This document shows, piece by piece, positions 23,237 through 35,286 of a stretch of 64,000 nt of DNA. This DNA is from Setoptus koraiensis (Eukaryota; Animalia; Arthropoda). The notes under the pieces were generated by a model. That model had not been told where the DNA came from. It saw only the letters and a program-made list of their open reading frames with translations, and did not search any database. The position numbers were made by a program, and so were the translations under genes. The DNA is taken from the NCBI GenBank assembly GCA_048013815.1, contig CM106586.1:23002001-23066000 (forward strand), given 5' to 3'. Position 1 is the stretch's first letter. Each line of letters opens with the position of its first letter.

Positions 23237-26200
23237 ATTTGAGCCTGCATGTGGGTATGGGGCCCCATAGTTTGGGGCCAAGAGAGGAGGCCACAATGGC
23301 GAGCAGCAAGTTTGATTTGGTTCTTTTTGGGCAGGCACGAAATCAATATTGGTACCCACTAACTAGTAATAATGGCAAGATGGCAGACGAAGAAAATGAG
23401 TGCCAGCCCCTTTGAGTTATTGATACGGCAACGGTTGATGTAATACTATTTGGTTGCTGTTAGTTAATTCGTCCAATATTGACTAAATGAGCCATATTTA
23501 GTGCCTATAGGCGCCGCGAACATGTAGAGAAAGGGCGATGCGGGCCCATCTCTGGCAGTGGCGTGAGTGCGAATGCAGTTGCTAGAGAGCCGGCGGTAAC
23601 AGCAGCGCCAGGGCAACAACAGCAACGACAACAGCAACGACAACAGCAACGGCAACAACAACGGCAACAACAACGGCAACAACAACAATGGCCGACTGAC
23701 TGAGTGACTGGCAAAGAGAATAATAATAATTGAATAAGCAGAACTAACCATCGCAACTGCATTGCAACAACCTTATGAGTCGGATATAAATGTGCACTGT
23801 GCGATATTGACTCGTATAACGTTACGTCGTACGTGGTGCTCTATTGTGTGTCGTCGATGCATTTCGGCAGCATGGACGGTGCATTACGGACCCGATGAGA
23901 GCACCTAGCGCCTTGTTGTTGTTGCTGCTGTTGCTGTTGTTGCTTGTTACAGATGTTGTTGACGTCAAGGTAGCAGTTGATTCGCTGTTAGCTTGTTTGT
24001 CGTTCACTTGGGCCTCCGTGGCGTCGATGAAGATGCCAAGATGCCGATGCGTTCGACGTCAAGATGCCATGCGTTCGACGCCAAGACAACAAGTGCAACA
24101 GACAACGCCGACGACAAGTCAATCATTTCGTTTGCGCACCGACGAGTCGACTGTGAATTGTAAAGTTTGCCGCTTGAAACGACAATCGACTGTCGTTCTT
24201 TAATTGTATTTAATATAGCGGGCCGGTTGTGAGCTAGTTATTGCATCGCTTCGCATTTAAGTGTGGCCCAATCGCCAATCGCCAATCGCCAATTGCTGAT
24301 TGCCAATGGGGTAGCCGGCTCGACGGAGCCTGTCGAGCCGGCTACTGCTCGAGCCAGAAAATGATCCCATTAGAAGCGCACGGTTGTTATGTAACTTGTA
24401 GTTGCATGCTCATTGTTATATAATGCCACTTTCATTGTTTGCCCCAATGTTTGTCGTCTTCGCTGCTCATGCTCGTGGGTTCGACGCTGCTCAATCGACT
24501 GAACGCAACTAACCAACAAATTGATTATTGTTGTCGCCCTCAATTTCCCTGTGCCCATCAATAGGTCTCAGGTCATCTAATGAACAACGGGCGAGGCATT
24601 GAGTTTTTCATTGATGATCCCAGCGACAGCAACATAGTCAAATCAAATCTATTAAATGGAAATGTTCATGGGCCGGCCAACTCAGTAATTGGCGGCGCCG
24701 ACGCAGCCAAACTATCAGCAAATGGAGCAGATCAATTAAATCAGCTCTATATATTTGAGGGTCCCCTAGCGTACAAGTTTAAATTATACAAACTAGAGTT
24801 GCATGTTAGCAGCAGTGTTAATTCAATTTTAGACGGCCGCTCGCCCGTGGATAATTCGGCCCAAACGGCCAGCACTATTTATAATCACAAGAGCAGTTGC
24901 GAGCACACAATCAGCGGGGGCGCTTTCGACACATTTGTTGGCGAGTTACAATTACACTTTTACAATGTTCAATTGTATAATAGCTACGATGAGAGCGTCA
25001 ACAAACCGAACGCTTTTGCCGCCATCAGTGTGTTTGTCATGATGGACAATGTCGATAGGTCCGCCAACAAGCCATCACAGCAGCAATCAAGCAACGCCAC
25101 AAATAGAAATTATCACTCGCTCGATTTCATATATGACAATGTGAAAAACATCTCAAACAAGGGTAAGTTTTTGTTGTTTCAGGCAAACATTTCCATTGTT
25201 AATTTCAACTAAGTTGAGTTCAAGTTAGTCCAAAGCCAGAGCTAATTACATGTAAATTGTTTTTCTCACTGATTATAATTAACGCCGGCGATATTGGCAC
25301 AATCATTCAATGATCAACGCTCGAATTTGTTCGCAGGCTCCTTCGTGAGAGTGGCCGTAAACGGGGCCGATCTGTTGGAGTTGATAACCACCAAAGACCA
25401 ATATATCACTTATGACGGCTCACTGAATCGTCCACCTTGCAGTGAAAATATTAAATGGATTATTTTAAATAAGGCTCTGCACATGAGACACACTGACTAT
25501 AATGAGATGTTCACTAACATATTGGATGGTGTAGATAACATAAGGCCGACAAAGGCACTGAATAAGCGTCCATTACGTACCAGCATCAACTTTAATCAGC
25601 AATACCAACAACCAAGAAATTGTCGCCATCCATCAAATAGTGTAAGTAAGCGAGCAAAGATTTATTTTTCAACAATTCAATCCTTTTATAATTAGATTAA
25701 CAAGATTTATTTAAGTAATATTTAAGTAATATCATGTGTGTGAGCGAACAGCATACACAGTGTGTCGTATTAGCACTCGGATAGTGATGATTTAGGAATG
25801 ATTTGATGATGATGCCGGCCCGTTACATTGTATAAAGAATGGCTTGATAAATGATTGATAAAATGCTGTGTGCCTCTTGTTTCGTTTTCTTTTTCATTTA
25901 ATTCGGCCCCAAAGCGATCAAATGAAAAGCAGTGGCCGATAGGCGCCACTTGTGTTGTTGACGTTGTTTTTGTCACAATTTACACATCGATGATTCAGCG
26001 GACTGATGGCGACGCTGGTCATCACACACTCGTTGTTAGTTACCAGCACCAGTTATTGTTGGTGTTATTATTATTATTTACCCTATTGCGCAAGATATTC
26101 TATTACCCGGCAACTGTTTGTGTAGTATGTGTGTGTGTAGGACAACAATTGTATCGCCGAGAGAAGTTGTTGGGGATAAAGTCCTAATTGTGTGCCCATC

Positions 26201-26269
26201 GGGCCAGTGTGGGCTAGTGGCGGTGCCAATGACGTGTCAGTGTTGCTGGTCTTTAGTGGGCAAGAGAGC

Positions 26270-26342
<73 letters not shown>

Positions 26343-27350
26343 GAAACAAAATACATTAGAGGCTCGGGGGCCAGAATCAAACAAAAATCACTTAACGAAC
26401 GAGTAAGTGACCAGTAACTCGAGTTTAATCTTGTTCTGTTTACGAGCGCGCCGCTAAACAGCGCCAAATCTGTTGACCAGTGTTGTGCACTATGGAAACT
26501 GACAAATGTTGCCCACGCTGTTTAGTTACATCACCGCATGGCTGTAGACCATTAGAGGGGTCCCTGTCTCGCACTGGCATCACTATCATCAGCAATCAAG
26601 TATAACCGCCAGTATATGGTTTAGTTTATTCTTTTAGGGCCCGGCCAGCGGCCAAGTGTTGATCGTGGCGCATCCGCCGAAGAGAATAATCTCTATCCTT
26701 ATTATTGCTATTGCTATCATCAAGTCGAATGAAAATGCCCGCGCTACTCGCTGCACGATGAATCAATCTCAGCTTCCTTCCGCTTTGCCAAGTTGCTTGC
26801 GAGAGTTGCCAGAGTTTGTAGTTCTGTTCGCTGGGGCTACGTCGATGTCGATGAGAGAGAGAGAGAGAGAGAGAGTTGAGCGAACATATCGATCAATCAC
26901 CGGCAGCCACAAGCGCGCAAAATGCATTTACAATTTTACACAAACCTCAAATTTTACTCAAACCTCAAATTTCACTCAAACCCAAACTTGACCGTCTTTC
27001 GCTTCACTTTGGCGCTTATCTCGACCCACCAAACGCTCGCAGAACAACAAAAAATGCATAGATAATCCGGACACCGAGGTCAAGAAGTCCAGCAAAAAGA
27101 TTGACAACTTTGATAAGAACAACCGAACACCACCCGCCGGCATGTATTGTCAATCTAAGCCAAGGTTCACCTATCAGAGTGAGTATGAATCAGCGATCAT
27201 TTATTGGCGCAACACTCACCTATTTAGTCATGACCATTCGTAATTGACTTTGTTCCCTCTATTGTCTTTGCTTGAATTGATGGCTCTTTGCTTGCGGTTC
27301 GTCCAGTCAACGAAGCCCTGGAACAATTGAAACTTTACCCGTCATCGTGA
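18312..27350 (+). CDS. CA10: Carbonic anhydrase-related protein (CA10/CARP type, acatalytic), about 495 aa
   Basis: Predicted join(18312..18501,22814..23028,24565..25162,25337..25641,27043..27178,27307..27350), 1488 nt, all GT-AG and in frame. It has a signal peptide, WWSYDGISG|PEYW, RQSPINI, ITYDGSLNRPPCSENIKWIILNK and NIRPTKALNKRPLRTSINF. The last two exons are less certain; read-through of exon 4 would stop at 25695. Confidence 0.85.
23200..23235. repeat. (TG)n microsatellite in CARP intron 2
   Basis: Direct TG run. Confidence 0.9.
26272..26335. repeat. (GA)n microsatellite, about 32 units
   Basis: Uninterrupted GA run. Confidence 0.95.
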
Positions 27351-28738
27351 ACTCGAAATCTCTGCGTGTATGCGCCAAATCAAATCATATCACCAGAAAC
27401 CAAACCACCATACAACCAGAACACCTGAAACAAACGTTGCTAGACTATTATTATTGGACCACCGTCTAATTCAAGCCAGTGTTTACGTTCGCTAAATAGA
27501 CAACAGCAACAGCAAATCAAGAGTGAAGAATCTCCACATTGTACATAATAATATGGCACGTACTTAAACCACACAAATGATACAATAAAGGGATTTTCTC
27601 AAGCTTTTCAGACTAACTGTATAACTGTATAGCATTTGTTGAGGTGAAGAAACGAAGCGTAAACTGGTAACAATTTACTTGATACATTGTACACACTGAT
27701 GGTCTTTTCGAGCCGCACTGCTGGCGCTATTTGGCCCCACTATTCTAGCCCGACCACAATTGCAGATATCAGAGCTGCAGATATCAAAGTTGCCAATATC
27801 AAAGCTGCTAGTCTCAATTGTTGTTTAATGAGTTAATCTCGTGGCCGCTCGTGGAAGCGCCCGTGGAAGCGCCCGCCTCTGCCGATGGTCGGTTCCAATT
27901 GTTTGGGTCAATTAGGTGACTTACCAGCAAATACCGGCAAATATCAGCGAATGATTGGTGGCGCGAGTCAACAGAATGAGAAGCGCAATACATAATCGCC
28001 GGCTCACTGGATTCAAGCCGCACACGCACAGACTGTTGTGAATTTTTGTCTTACCGTGTCGCTCGGTAGTGGGCACTAATTGTCACAATCAAGACTAGTA
28101 GCTTACAGTTAATAGTAATTGATTTGGGCTGATTTAGCAAAAATGACGGCCACCGATGATCGTACGTGCATCGGCAACGGTTGACAACGGTTGTGAGACG
28201 GTGGCTCGATCGAGGCGACAGTCGGCAAGCGTCAGACGTTACTACATTAATAGACATCAAAAGATGAATTGGAGATTATCGACAATAGATTGCAATTACG
28301 ATGATGATGATGATGATACAGAAAAACTGATACAGATCTGATCTGACCTAGTCATGTGATTGTCCGCTTGGTGCGTGAGAGTCACATGACGGCCAGACGT
28401 CATGTGTGAGCCAGCTAGCTCGCGCTTACACACCCCGCTTCTCAGCTGAGCAACTGTCAGCACTGACAAGTGACAGATGGAGAGAGCTGTGGGATTAACA
28501 TTGTAAATTGGGCATTGTCGTCGTTGATGTCGTTGTACTATTCAGTCAGTGCAATGTTACATCGTCGAAGTATCAGCATCGAGTGATGATGGCATGACCG
28601 CACTTATGTAATCATTATGCAAAACACATTGGTCGACGGCATCACAAATTGAAATCTGATTGAATGCCCTGCTTTGTGAGAAATACCCCGCCGAGACTGA
28701 GTTCGCGCGAGGGTATTCGCTGACGGTTTGTTCGCGGC

Positions 28739-28780
28739 GGGGAACAAACTCGGCGGCACGGGGAACAAACTCGGCGGCAC
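28739..28780. repeat. 21-bp tandem repeat, 2 copies (GGGGAACAAACTCGGCGGCAC)
   Basis: Two exact adjacent copies at 28739-28759 and 28760-28780. Confidence 0.9.
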
Positions 28781-29594
28781 GGGGGGGACGGGACGGCGTA
28801 GGAGTGCGGCGGCGGCGGCGGCCAGCCAGAAACTTCCCTTGGCAAACACACACACTAAAGCCGCTTGTTAGTCGCAGTTGTCGACGAGCAAGCGTAACAG
28901 TCTAATAGCAATTCACTATTAGCAAATGAATTATGGCGAAGTGCATGCCGTTGTTAGCAATGATACAAAAATAAATAAATATTGCCCATGGATGGCGCAT
29001 GTTTGCGAGCTGTCACTGGCTCAACAGGCACTGTCATAGCACGGTACAGAGTGAGAGATACAGTTTGACAGCGACGGCTAGTGTCAGTTGCCCTTGGCGC
29101 CGGCGCCGCCGCTACACAGCGCACAACTGTCATTATCACACTCTCTTCCCCCGTTGGCGCATGCATGGATAATGTGCGCGTCGTGCACAGCTACCGCATA
29201 CTGCGTTGCCTAGCCGCCACTATTGCAGGTTTTTCCACGGTGAGCAGCGTGTTGCGTTGCGCTGTACAAACACTGATGACGCACACCCTTTTTGCTCTTT
29301 GTGTCTCTATGCTCCCCATTACCAACTGTCTCATGGAGGCAACTCTGCCGACGCAACGCGACGCAACGCGATGCAACGCGATGCGACGCTGCTCTCATAG
29401 GCGACGCTCTCATCCGACAAGCGGCCTGTGGAAACAGGTTGTCGTCAGCCACTGTGAGCTGTGGCTGCTTAAAAACGCCACCTAGACTCGGGCTTCCAGA
29501 GTAGATTGTGTGTGTGTGCGTAAATGGTAAATGGCGTATATGTCTTAATGGCAATAATTTGCGCACTTGTTCTGCATTCTGACACGCCATTTCA

Positions 29595-29700
29595 CATACT
29601 GTTCAGCATACTGTTCGGCATACTGTTCAGTGCACTGTTGAGTGTACTGTTCGGTGCACTGTTCGGTGCACTGTTCGGTGCACTGTTCAGCATACTGTAC
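29595..29700. repeat. 12-bp minisatellite, about 9 degenerate copies (consensus like TGCACTGTTCGG)
   Basis: Repeated ACTGTTC core at about 12-bp spacing; it generates the spurious ORFs 29524/29545. Confidence 0.85.
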
Positions 29701-30101
29701 AGTATGCAGTTGTGGACAGCTTGCCAATGCTGCCGGTGCTGCGGTTGTAACAGTGCTCACGTAGCCGCTTTCGGCACACAACCACCGTGTGTGCCGAAGC
29801 GGCGCGCACGCCGTGAGCAACGTGCGCGCATAAGGGTGTGCCCGGCGATCAGCGCGCTGCTGCTGCTGCCGCAACTGTGAGTCAGTTGCACTTTCATCGA
29901 TGCATATATGCTCTCTTTATCTGATGATGCAAACACACATAAATAGCCACAAATCCCTATCAGTGACTCTTATTGATTCTCCATCGCTCCTGTCGATATC
30001 ACACACACACACACGCACGCACTCACTCATCCACTTGTCTCATACAATCAGTAATTAATTACATCAACCAAGCTAATTTAAGCTAATTAATAACAGCAAC
30101 A

Positions 30102-30687
30102 ATGGCTGAATTTGTCGGAACATACACATTCAAGAAGGACGACGGAAAATTCGACGAATTTCTCAAGGCCTTAAGTGAGTTGTCTCTCTCTCTCTCTCTC
30201 TCCAACTGCCCAACTATCCACTTGACCATCTCGGCAGCACACTAACCAATCACTAACTCTCGTCCCGTCTGTCACACAATGTGCCAACACAATAACGTGC
30301 TTACATAATAACATGACGTAACGCAACGTCACATAACATAACCTCACGCAACGCAACCCAGATGTCAGCTTTGTCACCAGAAAGGTGGCCTCAAACGTGA
30401 CGCCCAAGGTGGAGATTTCGTACGCCGACGACGGAACCATCAGCTTCAAGACAGTGTCCACATTCAAGACACAAGAGTTGGTATTCAAACTAGGAGAGGA
30501 GATCGAAGAAAAAAGAATGGACGGTGTCACTTGTAAGACCGTGTTCACCAAAGACGGCAACAAGCTTATCCAAGAACAAAAAGGTGAGCCGCCTTGCACA
30601 ATCACTAGAGAATTTGTCGACGACAAGATGATTGCGACATGCAAATGCGACACTGTCACCACTGTACGTGAATACGCCAAAGTCTAA
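30102..30687 (+). CDS. FABP: Fatty acid-binding protein (mite group-13 allergen-like), 132 aa
   Basis: join(30102..30174,30362..30687), phase-1 GT-AG intron. MAEFVGTY...FDEFLKALNVSFVTRKVA...STFKTQELVFKLGEEIEEKRMDG...LIQEQKG...TREF...REY is a canonical FABP. Confidence 0.95.
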
Positions 30688-31681
30688 ACAACACCAACAA
30701 TCAATCAACAACAACAACAACAATAATCTTTGATAATCATAAGCCGCTTATGAATGCTCACGTGCTGGATAATTCTAGATAATACTGAATATTTTTATTA
30801 TTACCAATAAACGTTTAACTACAATAAACACACACACGTTACAATCTACCTGCAACCAGCCTGCCTGATTGCGCAATGTCGCTCACAATGTCAATCCTCA
30901 GTCGATGCCGGGCCATTTCGCCTAAATGTAATACCTAATGTAGATGAATTTATGCGTTGTTAAATTGTTCAATCATTTATGCAAATCATAATGCACTTTG
31001 CATTGTCACTTTAATTATGAAAGTTTCATATATGGTGACTACCACAGTGTGTGGGCGTGCCGAGCGCAAATTTTGTGCTTTGAAATTGGCGCCAAACACA
31101 TTCGGCGACCACTTTCGCCCCCGCCTCAGCGCGCCACCCCCGACACACATCTGCACCTCGCACAACCTCACAGCGGTAGAAACAATTTTCGCTCGCTGAT
31201 CGTGAATGTGTGGCTCAAAGCGTGTAAATGTGTTCACACATTGAACCGAATGTTGATGATGCGCATGCCACAGGCACACTGCACATTGCTGCTGCAGCAG
31301 CAGAACAAAGCCACTAGTGGGGGTAGCGTTTCTGCGGCCGTGGCGGTTAAACGAGCGTCGTCCCGGGGGACACGAACACTCAGAAACGGGGGAAGAGAAG
31401 TGGATGGCACAAACAAAGACTGTCCGCTGCCTTTCGCTGCCATCAACTGTATCGGATTGCTTGGGAGCGTCTCAACCTCAATATTATTATTACTATTATT
31501 ATTATATATCATATTATCATCTATTACTATTAGTATGCATCTGTAGACGACGATATCACCTTATCCGCATCACCATTAGCAACATATACCCAATATATTT
31601 TGCATGTATTGGTCGTCTTTGAGATAACCGTCGAGTGTGTTCGAATATACATTTGGACGCACATACTAAAACATATTCAAC

Positions 31682-32623
31682 ATGTCGGACCTTCCAAAAG
31701 ACTACAGCCTGTACGATGCTCACGACTACGGGAGTCCCTCGCCTCACAAATTGGTATCGCCGCCAAAGCCTGCCCCGAGAACGATGCCCAGGTCCATGAC
31801 ACATAAACGAGAGGGGAAGCTTCCTACGCGTTACAATGAGGAGGAATTGTCGCCTCAGCAATTCATGCCACAATCACCATTTCATTCATTTCAATCCTCT
31901 AAGCAACAGAACAATCAACAATTGACAACACAACAGCAGCAGCAACAGCAACAACAAAACAACAATAGCAGCATCATCAACAACCAGCACCCATTCAATG
32001 TACTTGTCGGTCACCAATACAAACCCTGCCGATCTGTGCAGCCTTCCACTAGTGAACTCAGGAGGGATCATCCGCATAGATTTAGCGACAACTGTCATCC
32101 ATTGTCGCAACCTGACCCTAAAGATCAGGAAAGGTTCATGGAGAAGGTTGTGGCAAAATTGCAAGCACTTAAAAATGACAGTGCCTCCAATACCTCGAAA
32201 CACAATTTTGACATGCCCAGCTGCCAGGCCGAAAGAGGTCACGACGTTTTAGACAAGCATTTTAATAATCATTTTACTACAAACCATAGATCATCTCGAA
32301 GCCTGAAAAAGAGTAGAAACGAGCCTTTTGGCCGACACAATCCTATCAAGGCTCATTGTACCTATGTAGAGTTTGATGGTGCCAAGAAGACAGAAATCAC
32401 TAAGTATCTAATTAAGCCAAGATCAAATACGTTACATGACCTTAAAAGAGAGTTGCCCACAATATCTGAAGGCAGTAAATTATACTTCAAGAACCAAGAC
32501 AATATACTAGAGCAGGCAGACAATGAGGAACAACAACTTCACACCTTTAAAGACAAGGATGGATCCGATATTATCATGTGCGAAATAGTAGTCCCCAGGA
32601 CAAATGTTCCAAGATTGAATTAA
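31682..32623 (+). CDS. Axn: Divergent, shortened Axin-like protein (GSK3-binding helix, beta-catenin-binding motif, C-terminal DIX domain; no RGS domain)
   Basis: DQERFMEKVVAKLQALK aligns with the Axin GSK3 helix (EPQKFAEELIHRLEAVQ). HDVLDKHF aligns with the beta-catenin motif (ESILDEHV). The C-terminus (TLHDLKRELP...KLYFKN...ILEQADNEEQQLHTF...IIMCEIV) fits a DIX domain. The motif order is that of Axin. Reference sequences are from memory. Confidence 0.72.
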   Translation: MSDLPKDYSLYDAHDYGSPSPHKLVSPPKPAPRTMPRSMTHKREGKLPTRYNEEELSPQQFMPQSPFHSFQSSKQQNNQQLTTQQQQQQQQQNNNSSIINNQHPFNVLVGHQYKPCRSVQPSTSELRRDHPHRFSDNCHPLSQPDPKDQERFMEKVVAKLQALKNDSASNTSKHNFDMPSCQAERGHDVLDKHFNNHFTTNHRSSRSLKKSRNEPFGRHNPIKAHCTYVEFDGAKKTEITKYLIKPRSNTLHDLKRELPTISEGSKLYFKNQDNILEQADNEEQQLHTFKDKDGSDIIMCEIVVPRTNVPRLN

Positions 32624-32860
32624 ATAAATTCATGAATTCAATCATGGATACGTAACTAAGAACTTCCAAATCCAGGAGAATAACTTGCTGTGTGATGTCT
32701 GAGTGCACCAGTTTCTCGCAATTTATCCTATAATTTTCAAACAGATCAACAGCCTTGCTTACCGTTTGTGTTGTTTTAAAACTTTTTATTACTATTCAAC
32801 AGAGAGGCTCTTTTTTCGCAAAAAAAGCAAATATTACAGCTCAGTTTCGTTTGAAGGTTC

Positions 32861-34240
32861 TTACCTCCGGGCACATGCTTGTTTAATCAAGTCGTTGAAC
32901 TCGGCGTATTTATCAGCATAGACATGATGACCAGATCCGTTTATTATATGCACTGATACCCGATCATTCCCAAGTATATCTTGGATATACTGTCCGGGTT
33001 GACGATCTATCCACGATCTCGAACCATAGATGAATGTTAGTCGAACTCCAGAATCTAAATCTTCAAGTCTATGAACTAGAGGGTACTTTGGCCAACCAAA
33101 GGGAATGGCAAGAGACTTGAAAGCAGACTCTCCTGTTGCAGTTTGAGCGTTACAATGGTATATATAAGTAAGAAAGTCGCTGCAATCATCTTTCAGTTTC
33201 GGGGAAAACTTTTCTTTTAAGTCTGATCTGAAATGCTGTACTAATTTAGGACCATAAGGTCCAGTTGCTCTTAACGCAGCCAGAGGGTTGAACGCCTGAA
33301 AGACTGTGTTCACCATTTTTACCCATCTGGGCAATTTGTAAGTGTTATGTGTTGATTTATGACGATCTTGAACACCCCAGGGGTCAGCTAAAATGACATG
33401 TGATACTCTTTGTGGGTGGCGCAGTGCGTAGGACGCGCTTAAGTAACCACCGAATGAATGTCCAAGTAATATAAATTTGTCTATCTCCATCGCAGATCTC
33501 CAACGTTCTATACTATCAACAAACTGTCCCTCAACATCATTGCTCAAATCAAACGGTGCTCTTGTTGAACGTCCAAATCCAAGAATATCAAAGGCATATA
33601 CTTTACGATCTAGCGTTGTGGCAAAGTCATCTAAATTTAAAATCCATCCACCAATACCTGACGCAAAGCCATGAATGCAAACTAGCGGGTAATTCATCTC
33701 TTTTGTGTCGTAAGACTGCTCGTCTGACGCATTCAGCATTTCGATTGTTCTAATTTTATTGTTCTCCAACCCCCACCCTGGTCCTATATCAACAAATTTC
33801 GTTAAGAACGGCTGAGTGAGAACTGATCGAGAATTAAAAAAATTGGTGAAAAGGTGTTCAAATTCAATCAGATATCAATCGAGGACGAATATCAAGTGGA
33901 AAGGTACAGTGAGTGCTAGATGAAGTTTGGTGCACTAACCTGATAAGAGCTTTTGCTCTGATTCAGCTAATTCTTCTAATGATGTTGGACACCATCTCAA
34001 TGATGTAGCCATGACAGACCTCACTTTCGAGAAAACATTACTGATCGGATGTGAGATTAATTGTTGTTGCGCAACTGAGGCTGTTGAACTTCCATCGATG
34101 TCCTCATTGCTGGATGGATGGCACGGTTTGGTTGGCTGCTGCGGTGGCCCTGAAGATATTCCGCAAGATGGTAGGTTGACCGATGGAATAGAATCAATCC
34201 CGGATTTACTAGAACCATTTGATAATCCTGAGGTTGTCAT
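32861..34240 (-). CDS. ABHD4: Alpha/beta hydrolase ABHD4/ABHD5 family (lyso-NAPE lipase type), about 420 aa
   Basis: complement(join(32861..33822,33940..34240)). Motifs LVCIHGFASG, FDILGFGRS, nucleophile GHSFGG (Ser present, so ABHD4-like), ILADPWG, GHHVYAD. Confidence 0.9.
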
Positions 34241-35286
34241 TCTACGTAAGATTGGACTAGCTAGGTTAAGAATCTTCGTTGTGGCAATTAATTAAATCAA
34301 TATTGCATAAGATAGTGCACATAAATCATTATATTTCCAAGATTGATGAATTTTAGCAAAAACATGAGCGTTCAATACTGAGATGTGGATCGACGATGCC
34401 GAAAAATTATCCAGTTATTGTAGATAGAATAGAATATTTGATTCCTTAGCTGCATGCAAATTAAAATCTACTATCCGAGCCTGTTTGTCTATTAGTAACA
34501 ATAACAATGATAAATTTTCTCGCGTAAAGGGTTGTTAGAGGGAAAGTGTTCGTGCGGAAAGTTACATCGTTCTTGTTTACTAAAACTGTGCGATCTGCGT
34601 GCCTTGTATAGAATACAGTGTGCAAATCTGCCGATACCTTTGGTTGCAGTTCAAGAAAAAACCGCTCGAGGTCGCTTTTTGTACACGCATTTTTCGTGCG
34701 TGACATCGAATGAGCAATCGAAGAACGAGTCAACAAGAAAAAAAGAAGAAAAAACGTAAAATTTATGCACCTCAAGCTTTTCAGTGCATTTTTAGTACGA
34801 CGCCAGCACCCCTTGCGTCTTTTTCTTGAACTACGGCCGAAGGCATCGGCAGATTTCAACACGGTACGTAGTGCATCGCTCGAAAAATGTTCAGCTGAAG
34901 GCGGCCTCTCATTATTATATTACTCGTTATAAACTACTCATTGTGTGACTTGGTTTTGTTTTTTGGAACTATAACCGGTATAAATTTACCCATTTGATAG
35001 CTTGAGGTGACATCCTCATGAAGAGCGGCCGGTTCTGTTGAGCCGTTGTTAGCTGTTGGAATTACCATTATTGGCGTTTGAATCGGGCGGTTATTGACTA
35101 GTTCGCAGGCCGAACCGCTGCGCGGCCACATTAACATACATGTGCCGACAGAACAAGGTAAACCTCCTTTTCGGGTACACTCGAATGGAACAAACTCTGA
35201 CCAAAATAGACTCCAGATATTAAACTGATTAAACTGGACAAGAAAAGGTCTATTACAAATCCACGTTTTTTATAAATATTGCAATA

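Noticed and set aside
30171-30680. 169-aa minus-strand ORF
   Set aside because: Antisense shadow of FABP exon 2 plus its intron.
30998-31546. 182-aa ORF upstream of the Axin-like gene, tested as the missing RGS exon
   Set aside because: No RGS similarity, a non-ATG start, and a hydrophobic end that is a TAT repeat.
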